In this document: positions 37,956 to 48,529 of the stretch, piece by piece
Layout: every line of letters starts with the position of its first letter
Numbering within the stretch: the stretch's first letter is position 1
Assembly: GCA_964536205.1 (NCBI GenBank)
Contig: CAZHVT010000005.1
Span: 24,076 to 88,075 of the forward strand
Direction of reading: 5' to 3'
DNA from: an uncultured Gammaproteobacteria bacterium
GTDB lineage: Bacteria > Patescibacteriota > Patescibacteriia > Magasanikbacterales > GCA-002688135
DNA: 64,000 nucleotides
Notes under the pieces: generated by a model
What the model was told of the DNA's origin: nothing
The model's input: the letters and a program-made list of their open reading frames with translations, nothing else
Databases searched by the model: none
Translations under genes and position numbers: made by a program

Positions 37956-40169
37956 ATGCAACGCTTGAGCCTCATGACCGCACTGCTTTTGGTGTGTGCA
38001 TGTCAAACAGATTTCAACCAAGCTGATTATTGTGCTTCGAATCCGGATCATCCGGACTGTCCGCAACTCTTTGTCAGCCAGGATACAGATACATCAGCTG
38101 ATGGGGTTGTCACGGTCGATGATTCTGTTTTCACTGATGATGCAATGCATATTGATACTTCTCCAGACATCATCGTGACTGATACTGATGTTGATCCAAC
38201 AGGAGAGGAAGAGGTTTCTGACACAGAAGATTCGTCTGACACTGATCAAGAAATTGATGAGCCTGACGTTCCTGATGTTGATGATACTACTGACGCTCCT
38301 GATGTCACAGATACTTCCGACACTGCCGATACTGATTCTGGTGACGGTGATGTTGAGGATATTGAGAGTGATGGTGATTTATCTACTGATGATACTTCGG
38401 ATGCTGACACAGATTCAACTGATGACAGCGATGTTGTTGAGCCTGAGTGTGTGATCGACTCCGATTGTGAGTATCTTAACGAGAACCTGTGCAACGGGTC
38501 GTGGAAATGTGTTGAAGGCGAATGTGCATTCAGTGAGAAGATCGTTGATTGTTCTAAAACCGAAACTCTTCCCTGCTATATTTCAGTGTGCGAACCGTCT
38601 GATGGTACGTGCCAAGCGCAAAAGACTGAGGATGGTGTGTCGTGTAATGATAGCGATCCTTGTACGGAAAATGATGTCTGTACTTCAGGCTCATGTGCTG
38701 GTGATCCAATCACCTGCCCGTGTCTAGATGATGCGGATTGCATTGAGCTTGAGGACGACGATTTGTGTAATGGTACGCTTGCGTGTGTTGACGGCGATTG
38801 TACGCTTGATCCAACAAGCGTGGTTGTCTGCAAGGATAGCCTTACCTGCGAGACCGAGACATGTATTCCTGCTTCAGGCGAATGTTCCTCGACACCAGTC
38901 ATCTGCAACGATGATGTGGGCTGTACGATTGATGTTTGCGTGGAGGACGTAGGATGTACATTTACTGCTGATCATCCGTCGTGTGACGATGGTGATGATT
39001 GTACGGTGAATACCTGCAACACAAACAGCGGCTGCTCTGCGATTCCATCGTTTTCACCTTGTGATGACGAGGATCCATGCACAAAAGATGATACATGCAC
39101 AAAGGATCTTGCGTGCGTTGGGGTCGACATTGATTGTGACGATCTCAATCCCTGCACAAACGATTCCTGTCAGAATGGCGATTGTCTATTCACACCACAT
39201 ACCAATGAGTGTGATGATGGTGACCCTTGCACGATCAATGATGTTTGCCAGAGCAGCGTATGTGAAGGTGAGCTGGTGTGTGAGTGTGAGGGCAATGCAG
39301 ATTGCGCAGATAAAAATGACTTGAATCTGTGTAATGGTTCATACATGTGTGACAAATCCACTGCGGTTTGGACATGTGAAATTGATCCGTCTTCGATTGT
39401 CAATTGTCCTGATCCAATCGGACAATGCCTTGTGACAAGCTGTGTGCCAAGTACTGGTGCGTGCGTTGAATCATTCGCTCCAAGCAGCACGCCGTGTGAC
39501 GATGGCGATGCATGTACGGACAGCGACGTTTGTGCAATCAATGGAAGTTGTGGGGGTTCTAATAAAACCTGCAACGACGATAACCCATGCACTGACGATA
39601 GCTGTGATTCGAGCTTGGGTTGTGTCTATAAGATTTCTGCACCAAAACCCTGCGATGATGGCAATGAGGACACCGTTACTGATGAGTGTTCTGGCGGCCT
39701 TTGCTCAGGAGTTGTTCTCTTCAAAGAATTCTTCAATGAAGGTGCTCCTGCTGACTGGGATTTTGATCAAAATGCCGATGGTTCGATCATCTTTGATGTT
39801 ACTAATGACGAGTGGAATGACGATCCCTCAAATTTCTATTTGGGTGTGTGGATCATTTCTGAAATCACACTTACTGAAACCCTTATGTTGAGTGTCACGC
39901 TCCCAGAGCTCCCCATTCCGAACAGCGAAAGTCCGAAACTTTCGTTTGTGCGGTGGGGCGGCATGGCATGTGGCGTTGGCAATCTTCACTGGCATGTAGA
40001 CGACGAACTTGTCGATGGTTCCTGTGGTAGCGAGAGTGACATCGGGACATTCGTCCCACTTGATCCTTCACATGATTTTGCGACTGTTGTTTTCACCTTT
40101 ACGATTCAGCCTGGTACGCATAGTCCTGGGCTCAAGTATCGTATCGACAACGTGAAAATGAATAAGTAG
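37956..40169 (+). CDS. Secreted or lipoprotein-type cysteine-rich repeat protein. It has a signal peptide ending LLLVCAC, a roughly 130-aa poly-acidic D/T/S/E linker, about 14 'CxDxxPCTxDxC' repeats and a C-terminal beta-sandwich-like domain.
   Basis: Repeats such as CDDGDPCTINDVCQSSVCEG, CNDDNPCTDDSCDSSLGCVY and CDDLNPCTNDSCQNGDC. They resemble Dictyostelium-type CTDC repeats or Myxococcus cysteine-rich repeats. Family assignment from memory is tentative. Confidence 0.6.
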   Translation: MQRLSLMTALLLVCACQTDFNQADYCASNPDHPDCPQLFVSQDTDTSADGVVTVDDSVFTDDAMHIDTSPDIIVTDTDVDPTGEEEVSDTEDSSDTDQEIDEPDVPDVDDTTDAPDVTDTSDTADTDSGDGDVEDIESDGDLSTDDTSDADTDSTDDSDVVEPECVIDSDCEYLNENLCNGSWKCVEGECAFSEKIVDCSKTETLPCYISVCEPSDGTCQAQKTEDGVSCNDSDPCTENDVCTSGSCAGDPITCPCLDDADCIELEDDDLCNGTLACVDGDCTLDPTSVVVCKDSLTCETETCIPASGECSSTPVICNDDVGCTIDVCVEDVGCTFTADHPSCDDGDDCTVNTCNTNSGCSAIPSFSPCDDEDPCTKDDTCTKDLACVGVDIDCDDLNPCTNDSCQNGDCLFTPHTNECDDGDPCTINDVCQSSVCEGELVCECEGNADCADKNDLNLCNGSYMCDKSTAVWTCEIDPSSIVNCPDPIGQCLVTSCVPSTGACVESFAPSSTPCDDGDACTDSDVCAINGSCGGSNKTCNDDNPCTDDSCDSSLGCVYKISAPKPCDDGNEDTVTDECSGGLCSGVVLFKEFFNEGAPADWDFDQNADGSIIFDVTNDEWNDDPSNFYLGVWIISEITLTETLMLSVTLPELPIPNSESPKLSFVRWGGMACGVGNLHWHVDDELVDGSCGSESDIGTFVPLDPSHDFATVVFTFTIQPGTHSPGLKYRIDNVKMNK

Positions 40170-40175
40170 CTTACG

Positions 40176-40208
40176 AGCAGGCCTCCCATATCGGGAGGCC
40201 TTTTTTAT
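40176..40208. terminator. Bidirectional rho-independent terminator between convergent genes.
   Basis: AGGCCTCCC-atat-CGGGAGGCCT followed by TTTTTTATT. Confidence 0.7.
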
Positions 40209-42370
40209 TCTATCAGATTGTGTCTTTGCAGAAATTCCCCTGCACGTATCCTTACCTCTTCGTATGCGTCTGTTCGATTAAACCCTTGATCTTCGAGATA
40301 CCTTATGGCTGACACCACAAGAGGCTTATCATAACCATCAACCGTGACTATCTGTTCAACGTTAAACCAATTCTTTTCTGTAAATGGATCCAAAAGTAGT
40401 AGCCGCGTAAACGCATATGTGAGAACGTCAGCTCGCTCAAGCTCAACTGCGACACGCGCGATGTGCTCCAGCTCTGGAATGTTCGCTGTTTGAAACGGGT
40501 TTTTCATGTTTATTGCTGTATGAAGCGCATCCAATCCTTCGCTTTTTTTATCTGTATACGTGAGAATTAATCCCTGTAAGTAATGTGATTGTGATAAGTT
40601 TGGCCCGAGCCGAACAGCTTCATCAAGTATTGCAACAGCCTTCTCATATTCTTCTGTGAGTACATATAAATTTGCTCGCTGAAATAGCACTGATACTCGT
40701 AGTGGCGCAAGTGCTGAAGCGTGTGCAAGTACAGCATCTGCTTCCGCTGCAAATGATGTGTCGATAATGTAACTTGCTTTTGTTAATAAGTTTCCAAGCG
40801 TGAAGTAATATTCAAATCTATCTGGTGATCGTTCTATGCCTGCTTTCATTACATCGATGCCTGATTGTAGTAACCGCGCAACTTCTGGATTATCCCGATC
40901 CGCTCGTTCAAACATAACGTTCGCATATCGCTGCGCGAGAGAATTCTGATGCGGCGACCATTTTCCCAGAACAGTTTGTGCGAGTTCTATTTCAGGTTTT
41001 CCAATGTTGCTCTGTTGTATCATCAACATTGTTTGAGATCTTTGGATTGCATGTGAAGATGCCCATAAAGTTGGTATTGATAATAGAACAACAACTATTA
41101 CTGCAATACCGCCCTTAACTTCTGCGTCTCTTTTTTGTGAATTTACTCCTAATAGTGCTGCGAATAATACGAACAACATTGTAGTTGCCGGCGAATCAAA
41201 TGAGAATATTGCTTGTACTGCATATGTTACGAGCAATCCCAACCATATAACTGATGTCATTTTTTCATTTTCTTTTTCTTGTGTAACAGCGCGTAGCATT
41301 GCCAATAGCAAATATATGAGGATGAGTAGTCCTACTATTCCCTGCATTACCAGAGCATCGACATACATGTTGTGTGCGCGATCAGAGTATGTTTGATTAA
41401 ATCCGAATCGTGTGAACAATGGATTGAAGTGCTGGTTGAATGCATAATCAAATGTTTCTGGTCCCCACCCAAAAATTGGTTTTTCTAATGATGCCTGTAT
41501 ACCGGAATTCCAAAGAATGAGTCGTTGATTTGCACTCGATTCTGAAATTGAAATGTGTAGTATACGATTGAGTGCTTTGATTTTTTTGATTGCTGCTGTA
41601 TCGCGCGCTGCCCACAAACCTCCGATTATGAGCGTTACAGCGATCGCTATAACAGCAAGTCTCTTTTTTTGTTTCCGGGTTTTTGGCCTGAATCCGTATG
41701 CGATGATCGCGATAATAGCTACAACTAATCCTACAATTACACCGCGAGTTTGTGTGAGATAAATTCCTGCCCCTGAAACAATTGCCGAAAGCAATGCAAC
41801 CACCTTCCATCTTTTATCTGTCTCCTGAAAAAATCTTTCTAGAGCAAAAAATAATGGAAAGATTGCAACGTTTGCATATAACAGTGGATTTCCAAAAAGC
41901 GATTCTGCGCGATGTCCATAACCAAATTGTACGACCTCTGAAATTACTTTCAGGATGGCTATGTTTCCCATCATGATGACAAACCATATGAGAAATCGTT
42001 TTTTGTTTTGTTCTTTTACTATGTTTGATAAAAGTATGTACAGAATCCATATCCATAACCAAACCCATAATCCAAATCCGCGCGTGTCGGTTCCCCATAA
42101 ACTTTGTAATGGATCTACGCTTGAGATTGTAGATAAGATCATTGAAATTACAAATAGCGAAAGTGCGATTGTAATGTGATTGCGCGGTATGCTTAATTTT
42201 CTTTGTGCAAACATTAATATCGGCGCAAGAACCGCAAACAGCATCACAAAAAAGAGTGTCTTACCGTTTGTGTGCGGGAATAGCATTCCTGAAGGCACAA
42301 CGACTATTGAACACAATACCAAGGCAACTAGCCAGTGATTGTAATGTTTTATTGTTTCACGCCATTTCAT
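40205..42370 (-). CDS. O-antigen ligase family (Wzy_C) membrane protein with a C-terminal TPR domain.
   Basis: TQTRGVIVGLVVA, FGWGPETF and an HN..L..G-type loop, then TPR-like helical repeats. Confidence 0.65.
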   Translation of the reverse strand: MKWRETIKHYNHWLVALVLCSIVVVPSGMLFPHTNGKTLFFVMLFAVLAPILMFAQRKLSIPRNHITIALSLFVISMILSTISSVDPLQSLWGTDTRGFGLWVWLWIWILYILLSNIVKEQNKKRFLIWFVIMMGNIAILKVISEVVQFGYGHRAESLFGNPLLYANVAIFPLFFALERFFQETDKRWKVVALLSAIVSGAGIYLTQTRGVIVGLVVAIIAIIAYGFRPKTRKQKKRLAVIAIAVTLIIGGLWAARDTAAIKKIKALNRILHISISESSANQRLILWNSGIQASLEKPIFGWGPETFDYAFNQHFNPLFTRFGFNQTYSDRAHNMYVDALVMQGIVGLLILIYLLLAMLRAVTQEKENEKMTSVIWLGLLVTYAVQAIFSFDSPATTMLFVLFAALLGVNSQKRDAEVKGGIAVIVVVLLSIPTLWASSHAIQRSQTMLMIQQSNIGKPEIELAQTVLGKWSPHQNSLAQRYANVMFERADRDNPEVARLLQSGIDVMKAGIERSPDRFEYYFTLGNLLTKASYIIDTSFAAEADAVLAHASALAPLRVSVLFQRANLYVLTEEYEKAVAILDEAVRLGPNLSQSHYLQGLILTYTDKKSEGLDALHTAINMKNPFQTANIPELEHIARVAVELERADVLTYAFTRLLLLDPFTEKNWFNVEQIVTVDGYDKPLVVSAIRYLEDQGFNRTDAYEEVRIRAGEFLQRHNLIE

Positions 42371-44670
42371 AATGTTGGAATTACATCAAAGTCCTTATGT
42401 AAATCTAAAATCACATCTGTTTGATCGTCACGCTCCATTTCCGGCAATTCCGCTATAAACAGTTCTGCTTCAGCCCTGAAACTTTCGTCTAGTGATACCG
42501 CAGTTTGTGCTGCTAGCTTTGCACTGTGCGCATACCCACCCTCCTTAAGATAGATTGCGTATTCAGCCCACGCTGTAGCTTTTCGAATGTTTCCTTCAAT
42601 ATGCATTATCTGCCAATACACCACGAGTGCCAGATCATACTCTTTATGCTCGAGCAAAATTCCCGCTGTTAATTTTTTTTGAGCACCTTCTACAGGAATA
42701 TGCCCCAACTCAATTGCCTCGATTAACTCTTTAACCCCCTCCTCATCCTGATCAAGCGTCAAAAGTGATAATCCGTAATACCAATGCCCGAGCCCAACTT
42801 TTTCTGATAAATCATGCGCCTGCTTATATGACTTATGAGCTGTGATGGGATCACCTGCATCAACGTATAATTCTGCGAGGGCAAATAGGTATTGCTGTCT
42901 TTCTGATTTTTTTATTGCGTCATTGAAGTACTCAATTCCCTTTTGCGCGTATTTTGGATTTTTCTTTGCAGCAGTGTAGTACAGAACACCATTTAAATAG
43001 GTATGATATGAATCATGTTTGTGATCGATGATATTTTTCAGACCAACCTGTTCAGCTTTTGTGATGAATTGCTCTGCTTCTGCATCGCTATATACGCCCG
43101 CCTGCAGAGCCCGAATCACATTCTTTACATACTCATTTCGTGACTCTGTTTTGTATGGTGATTGCATGTCGAGCACTCCTTGCAATCTCGGAGTAGCCTG
43201 CAGACGGGAATGTTCTGCGGCAAATACAAGTGTGTTGATGAGTGCAGAAGATTCTTTCATTGGTTGATATGCATATCGATATACGCCCATGAGTCCGACT
43301 AACATTGCTATACCGAACACAACCATTTTTTGTCCCTTAATTATTTCATTATCAATCTCCTGTATCTCATTTTTTTCGTACAGTAACATTATCGCAAATA
43401 ATAGAATGAGTGACACTGCGGTGTCGAATGAGAACATGAGGTGAACCATGTAGGCTGCGAGTGTTGCGATAGCTACAATGTTGACCGGTTTTTTCCAACG
43501 ACTGGATTGCCATAATTGATATAAAAATCTCAACATCAAAGCCGCGTATGCAAGTAAGCCAATTACACCTCCTGTTACCAGTAGTTCTACGATTATGTTA
43601 TGTGCGCGATCAAATCGAGTTTCTGCAAATCCTAAATACAGTGAATCGGGATTGTAGTTGACATCAAATGCTGCGATGAATGATTCTTGTCCCCATCCAA
43701 GGATTGGTTTTTGTTTGAAGGATTCCCATCCGCTTTTCCATGCATTTACACGAGAGACGAGCGAGCTATCTTGCAATGTTGTGACGCCAACTAATCTACC
43801 GATTAATGGAACTTTTTTCTCGATTGATTTGTGGAATATTAGTACAAGCGAGACGAGCAGCAGACCTGAAATAATACATCCTATTGCCGCGTGTCTGATT
43901 ATTTTTCTTTTTGAGCTTAATGTTACAAGCATGCCCGCAATTACCGCACCAACAATAAATCCTATAGCCGCTCCCCTTGTTTGCGTGAAAAACATGATGA
44001 GAGTTTGGAATAATGCGAGTGCTGCGAATGCAAATTTATGTGAACGTTTTTCGTGGGTGAAAAATCCATAGCCGGCGATTCCAATGTATAAAATTAGCAT
44101 TCCTGCAAAAAAGATTGGGTTTGCGATAGTTCCCGAAATTCGCAGACCTGTGTCTACGCCAAATAACACAATTCCTTTGAGACGAGCCAGTGCAATAAGA
44201 GACACCACTAATCCAGATACAGAAATTATTTGTGTGAGTCGTTTGTAATCTTTTGTGGTCGTGTGCGTAGCTCTCGTTAATACAAACCACAACCAGATTT
44301 GCGTGAGGGTGAGTAAGCCTGTTCCGCGCGATTGTGTTCCCCAAAAACTTCGCGAGAGATCAACTCCAAAAAGCGATGAGATCCACGCGGTCGCGAGATA
44401 TATTGAAAATAGTAAGGTTATTGGATTTTTAAGAATGGAGGTTATTTTTTTGCGCTGATCTGGAAAAGTGATCAACACAACCCATATAACTAATAATGCA
44501 ATTGTTGTTGTATGCAAAAAAAGTGTCTTTCCAAACATGAATGGATAGATCACAGATGGTAGTACAACCAGCGGCATGAGCGCCACTGTGAGTCGTGATA
44601 TCCATCTACTGTAATTGATGAGGTTGAATTTATTCATCGGTAGGTTGTGTCGCAGTTTTGATGCGAGCAA
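42367..44670 (-). CDS. O-antigen ligase family (Wzy_C) membrane protein with a C-terminal TPR domain.
   Basis: TQTRGAAIGFIVG, LGWGQESF, RAHNIIVELLVTGGVIG. Its start overlaps the upstream stop by 4 nt. Confidence 0.65.
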   Translation of the reverse strand: MLASKLRHNLPMNKFNLINYSRWISRLTVALMPLVVLPSVIYPFMFGKTLFLHTTTIALLVIWVVLITFPDQRKKITSILKNPITLLFSIYLATAWISSLFGVDLSRSFWGTQSRGTGLLTLTQIWLWFVLTRATHTTTKDYKRLTQIISVSGLVVSLIALARLKGIVLFGVDTGLRISGTIANPIFFAGMLILYIGIAGYGFFTHEKRSHKFAFAALALFQTLIMFFTQTRGAAIGFIVGAVIAGMLVTLSSKRKIIRHAAIGCIISGLLLVSLVLIFHKSIEKKVPLIGRLVGVTTLQDSSLVSRVNAWKSGWESFKQKPILGWGQESFIAAFDVNYNPDSLYLGFAETRFDRAHNIIVELLVTGGVIGLLAYAALMLRFLYQLWQSSRWKKPVNIVAIATLAAYMVHLMFSFDTAVSLILLFAIMLLYEKNEIQEIDNEIIKGQKMVVFGIAMLVGLMGVYRYAYQPMKESSALINTLVFAAEHSRLQATPRLQGVLDMQSPYKTESRNEYVKNVIRALQAGVYSDAEAEQFITKAEQVGLKNIIDHKHDSYHTYLNGVLYYTAAKKNPKYAQKGIEYFNDAIKKSERQQYLFALAELYVDAGDPITAHKSYKQAHDLSEKVGLGHWYYGLSLLTLDQDEEGVKELIEAIELGHIPVEGAQKKLTAGILLEHKEYDLALVVYWQIMHIEGNIRKATAWAEYAIYLKEGGYAHSAKLAAQTAVSLDESFRAEAELFIAELPEMERDDQTDVILDLHKDFDVIPTL

Positions 44671-46933
44671 TTAAATCTGTTACTTGCGGTTCTAATACTG
44701 CGTCTAATTCAAGCGCTGTCATTGCATCTGTTCGCGCAATTGAAAATGCTTCCAGATTATATGCAGCATAAGCCTTTCGCAAAAAGTTGTGCCCTGTTTT
44801 GAGATGTGGATTTTCTTGTGAGAGATTTAGAACAACATTGAGCTGTTGAAATGCCGCCGTGTAATCCCCTACTTCCTCCAGCAATACAAGAATTAAATCG
44901 AGTGTATCGTGTGACATGCGTGGCAGATATCGTCCATCTCTGATTAGTTGAGCTGCGACAAGCCCTGCCTCATGTGTTTGTTCTTGAGCTGACATTATGA
45001 TCACGCGCGTCCATTGAAAATCATTGTTTGAAGGGACATGTAATACGATTGTGTCGACTAGTTCGCGCGCTTTTTCGAGCTGCCCTGTTTGCATATAATA
45101 GTTCATCTGGTTGATGTCTACTGTTTGTCTGTCTGGTGATAATGCTCGTACATCATCATAATCTTTTTCTATCGTATCTTTGAATTTCTCTGTATCAACA
45201 TGTTCTATAGAAAGCGCCTTGAGCTGAACCTCTCGCAATTGCATTGCATATCGCGGTGCGTATGTTTCGTTATACTGTGCAAATCCGTTTAGCAGTATAG
45301 GGATCCCTCTCACAAAAAATTCTTTCGGTAGTGCGCCAGTATTATTATTTACTAAATCGTCAGTTAATATTTTCAATGTGTCTGTTTGTGTCATTGACTG
45401 TATCGCCAGAACGGAAGTCAATTTTTTTTCATACCCTTCAATATCTCCTTGTTCGAACGTATTTCTTACCTCTTGAACTTGTTTTGCTTCCATCCATGGT
45501 TTTAGAATCAATACAAACAACACAGCAACCGCAGCGAGAGTGATTACTATTTTACTTGAAACCCCCCGCGTCCAGTTTGGCAATTCTTTTGACTTCTCTA
45601 CTGCAGCTCCCAAACCTACGATAAGTGCGAGATGCAGAATGAGTGATGGGGTATTAAAAGCAAATAGCCCGAAGCCTGCATATGCACCCATTATCCCGGC
45701 TGTAAATATTCGCAATGTTTCCTGCTCTTTAGTTTTTGACTTTACCAAAAGAGGTGAGATGATCAGTAATAAATATACAAGTAATCCGATTAAACCGGTT
45801 GTAACCGCAACTTCGAGCAATTGATTATGTGCGCGTTCGGTCCATGTTTCTTGTAGACCAAACTGCGCTACTTCTTTTTTGTAATGCGTATCAAATACTG
45901 TTTCGTACATTTCATGTCCCCAACCGAGGAGTGGTTTTTCTTTGATACCATCTAATGCGGATGACCAAAATAACAAACGCGTTGAGATTCCTCCTTGTGA
46001 GTCGAGTTGCTCAAACCAGTACATTGGATGATATGGTCTTTGTGCTTGTTGATCTGCTGGAGTGAAAGCTAATAGATATACAAAAGCTGTTACACAAAGA
46101 AGGGCTGCCACAGCAAATCTTTTAATGATAACGTGAAGTTTTGAACTTCGAGTTTGAAGATATGCGAGCCCCATCAACACTAGACCGATAATAACACCCA
46201 CCTGTGACCCTCTTGAACCCGTTCCCCACACACCAAATATCGCGAGTACTATCCCGACCATGACTGCCTTTTTAATCCAGCGGGTTTTTTCGAGGCGTAC
46301 GTGCAATCCCATGAGAAACAGACTCATTAACACGTATGCTGCTAGATATGTTGAGCTGCCCCACAATCCAGTTAATTTTATTCTAACAAATCCGTAATAC
46401 TGATCCCATCCTATTCCTTCTGTTCCCACTATTGCGTTGAAAAATTCTGGTGCGAATTGTACAAGAATTGCCAGTCCAACCACAATCACAGCGGCGAGTG
46501 ATTGCATTCTTAAAATAAATAATCTTTTGTTACTTGTATTTGCCCACCAACTTAACCACCACGCAAATCCTATCATCAATATCCACATCCATGCGCCGTT
46601 TAATCTTAAGGCATCTCCCAACAACCCCTTTATGGGATCTCCTAGAAATGACCATGCCACTACCACGATCCCATACAATGTCAACATTAACAGCCCGAAG
46701 TTTTTTCCGTGTGAGAGTGGTTCGTTTGTTTTATTTTTTTTCAGCCATGTGTAAATGAGGAGAAATGTGATTACTCCTGCAATCAGCAGCCATTTACCTA
46801 CATGGCCTTCATATATGAGTGATGGCGTTGTGATTACAGGAAGCAAAAAAACCGCGGCAACACAACCGCGGATTATCCAATTTTTTGTAACTTTAGTGTT
46901 GTTTTCACTCATGTTGATGGATTTACAATCCAA
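44630..46933 (-). CDS. O-antigen ligase family (Wzy_C) membrane protein with a C-terminal TPR domain.
   Basis: TGSRGSQVGVIIG, LGWGHEMYE, RAHNQLLEVAVTTGLIG. An alternative start MSENNTK lies at about 46912. Confidence 0.65.
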   Translation of the reverse strand: MDCKSINMSENNTKVTKNWIIRGCVAAVFLLPVITTPSLIYEGHVGKWLLIAGVITFLLIYTWLKKNKTNEPLSHGKNFGLLMLTLYGIVVVAWSFLGDPIKGLLGDALRLNGAWMWILMIGFAWWLSWWANTSNKRLFILRMQSLAAVIVVGLAILVQFAPEFFNAIVGTEGIGWDQYYGFVRIKLTGLWGSSTYLAAYVLMSLFLMGLHVRLEKTRWIKKAVMVGIVLAIFGVWGTGSRGSQVGVIIGLVLMGLAYLQTRSSKLHVIIKRFAVAALLCVTAFVYLLAFTPADQQAQRPYHPMYWFEQLDSQGGISTRLLFWSSALDGIKEKPLLGWGHEMYETVFDTHYKKEVAQFGLQETWTERAHNQLLEVAVTTGLIGLLVYLLLIISPLLVKSKTKEQETLRIFTAGIMGAYAGFGLFAFNTPSLILHLALIVGLGAAVEKSKELPNWTRGVSSKIVITLAAVAVLFVLILKPWMEAKQVQEVRNTFEQGDIEGYEKKLTSVLAIQSMTQTDTLKILTDDLVNNNTGALPKEFFVRGIPILLNGFAQYNETYAPRYAMQLREVQLKALSIEHVDTEKFKDTIEKDYDDVRALSPDRQTVDINQMNYYMQTGQLEKARELVDTIVLHVPSNNDFQWTRVIIMSAQEQTHEAGLVAAQLIRDGRYLPRMSHDTLDLILVLLEEVGDYTAAFQQLNVVLNLSQENPHLKTGHNFLRKAYAAYNLEAFSIARTDAMTALELDAVLEPQVTDLIARIKTATQPTDE

Positions 46934-46936
46934 ATT

Positions 46937-48529
46937 TTATGAAGGAATTGGTGACACGGAAACCGCTATTTGGTCTATCTTGACACCATCTACGGTTGCA
47001 GTCAAGATCGAGGTTCCTGCCTCATTTGAGGAGAAAATACACTTCACTTTTCCGCTTGTTGTTTTTCCGTTGTCGCATTCTATGTTGTCGATGGATCCTC
47101 TGTTGCTCGATAGCCCGGCATCAAGTCCTGACAAAAATTCACCTTTGTAGTTTTTTGCAAATAATGTGATGGTCACTTCTTCCACCCCCCCAACTAGAAT
47201 TGGCGAGGGTGTTTGCTCTGTGTAACTTTTTTTCGCATCCGCTTTTGCCTCATCTAGATCTGCTTCAAATGTGACTTTGGGGAAATCTGAAATTATGAGA
47301 TCGCCAATTTTTGCTACCAATGTTCTCTCACCTGCTTGAGATGCAGTGAGGTATATAATGACCAATCCTTGATTGTTTGTTGTTGATCCAGCTGCAAATT
47401 CAATTACATCTGTTGAGTTTCCTGTATCAATTTCAACCTCGCGACTCCTTAGTAATGTGTTGTCCGATGATCGCGCTATAATATTCACAACAACCGTATC
47501 TACTAGATTTGCCGTAGCTGATGTTCTGGTTGTTGTGACAGCTGATCTGGTTGGTGAGACTTTTGAAATACTTTCTAGATCAGCAGTGAATGATATGTCT
47601 GTTTTTTTGTCCTCGCTTACCTCAATTGTTTCATGGATGGTGTTATATCTCTGTCTTACTACTTCTGCAAAATATGTTCCTGGCATGACCGCGAAATTTA
47701 CTTTTGTAGCATTTATGATATGTGTTGCATCTCGCGCAACCGCTCCGATTTCTTGTGCGATCTTTGTTCGCGCTCTGTCTGTGTAGAGCGTCACCTTGGT
47801 GTCACTGATAAGTGTCCCAGCTGTATTGACTACTGAAATACTTGCACGTGATTGCAATGCTCCGCATGATATAGCGGAACCGCTTTTTACGCATGATCCA
47901 GAGCCTTTAAATGAGACTGATTTTGTAGACTTGTCATTTACCGAAATTACCCCAAGCAGACCGTCCGTTGTTTGTGATTGAGGAAGATATGTTGGATGTC
48001 CAATTTCTAGTGCGCCGATATTTTGAGCTGCAAAATAGTAAGCCCCGCCAGATGCATGTCTTGCAGAAGCTCCTTCATAAAAAATATCTGCATTGGTGAT
48101 TGATGTTCCGTCTTCATCGTACGGACGAACAACGAGCGTGTAAGCCAGCGTGATTGTTTCTGATGATATGTCAAAGTTTTTGTCTGCTTGAATGTTGCCT
48201 AGATCAACTGAACCAGAAGACACAAAACCTGGCGAAGAAAATGTTGCCGTACAGTGAGTTGAGGTTTCGGTGTGATCGTAAAATAATTCGACATTATATC
48301 TATTTGGAATGGTTGTATCAGCTTTTACTAATCCTGTTTTGTGTATGTTGCACGTCGCAAGATGAACCTGTGGTGCTCGATCAAAAGAATTTCCAAATTG
48401 ATCTGTTGCTGAAAAATGTAAGTTTATTGATCTTTCTTGTGCACTTGCTGTATGTGCCCAGAAAAAAAGCATTGCTGTCGCACAGACAAAAATAAACGCT
48501 TTTGAGACTCGAGATACTGCAATAGACAT
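46937..48529 (-). CDS. Secreted protein with Ig-like and carboxypeptidase-regulatory-like beta domains. The start is set at MSIAVSRV… (a signal peptide), not at the upstream ORF extension.
   Basis: Signal peptide AFIFVCATAMLFFWAHTASAQ. Beta-rich repeats. Promoter-like TTTACC-N18-TATACT upstream of the ATG at 48529. Confidence 0.5.
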   Translation of the reverse strand: MSIAVSRVSKAFIFVCATAMLFFWAHTASAQERSINLHFSATDQFGNSFDRAPQVHLATCNIHKTGLVKADTTIPNRYNVELFYDHTETSTHCTATFSSPGFVSSGSVDLGNIQADKNFDISSETITLAYTLVVRPYDEDGTSITNADIFYEGASARHASGGAYYFAAQNIGALEIGHPTYLPQSQTTDGLLGVISVNDKSTKSVSFKGSGSCVKSGSAISCGALQSRASISVVNTAGTLISDTKVTLYTDRARTKIAQEIGAVARDATHIINATKVNFAVMPGTYFAEVVRQRYNTIHETIEVSEDKKTDISFTADLESISKVSPTRSAVTTTRTSATANLVDTVVVNIIARSSDNTLLRSREVEIDTGNSTDVIEFAAGSTTNNQGLVIIYLTASQAGERTLVAKIGDLIISDFPKVTFEADLDEAKADAKKSYTEQTPSPILVGGVEEVTITLFAKNYKGEFLSGLDAGLSSNRGSIDNIECDNGKTTSGKVKCIFSSNEAGTSILTATVDGVKIDQIAVSVSPIPS

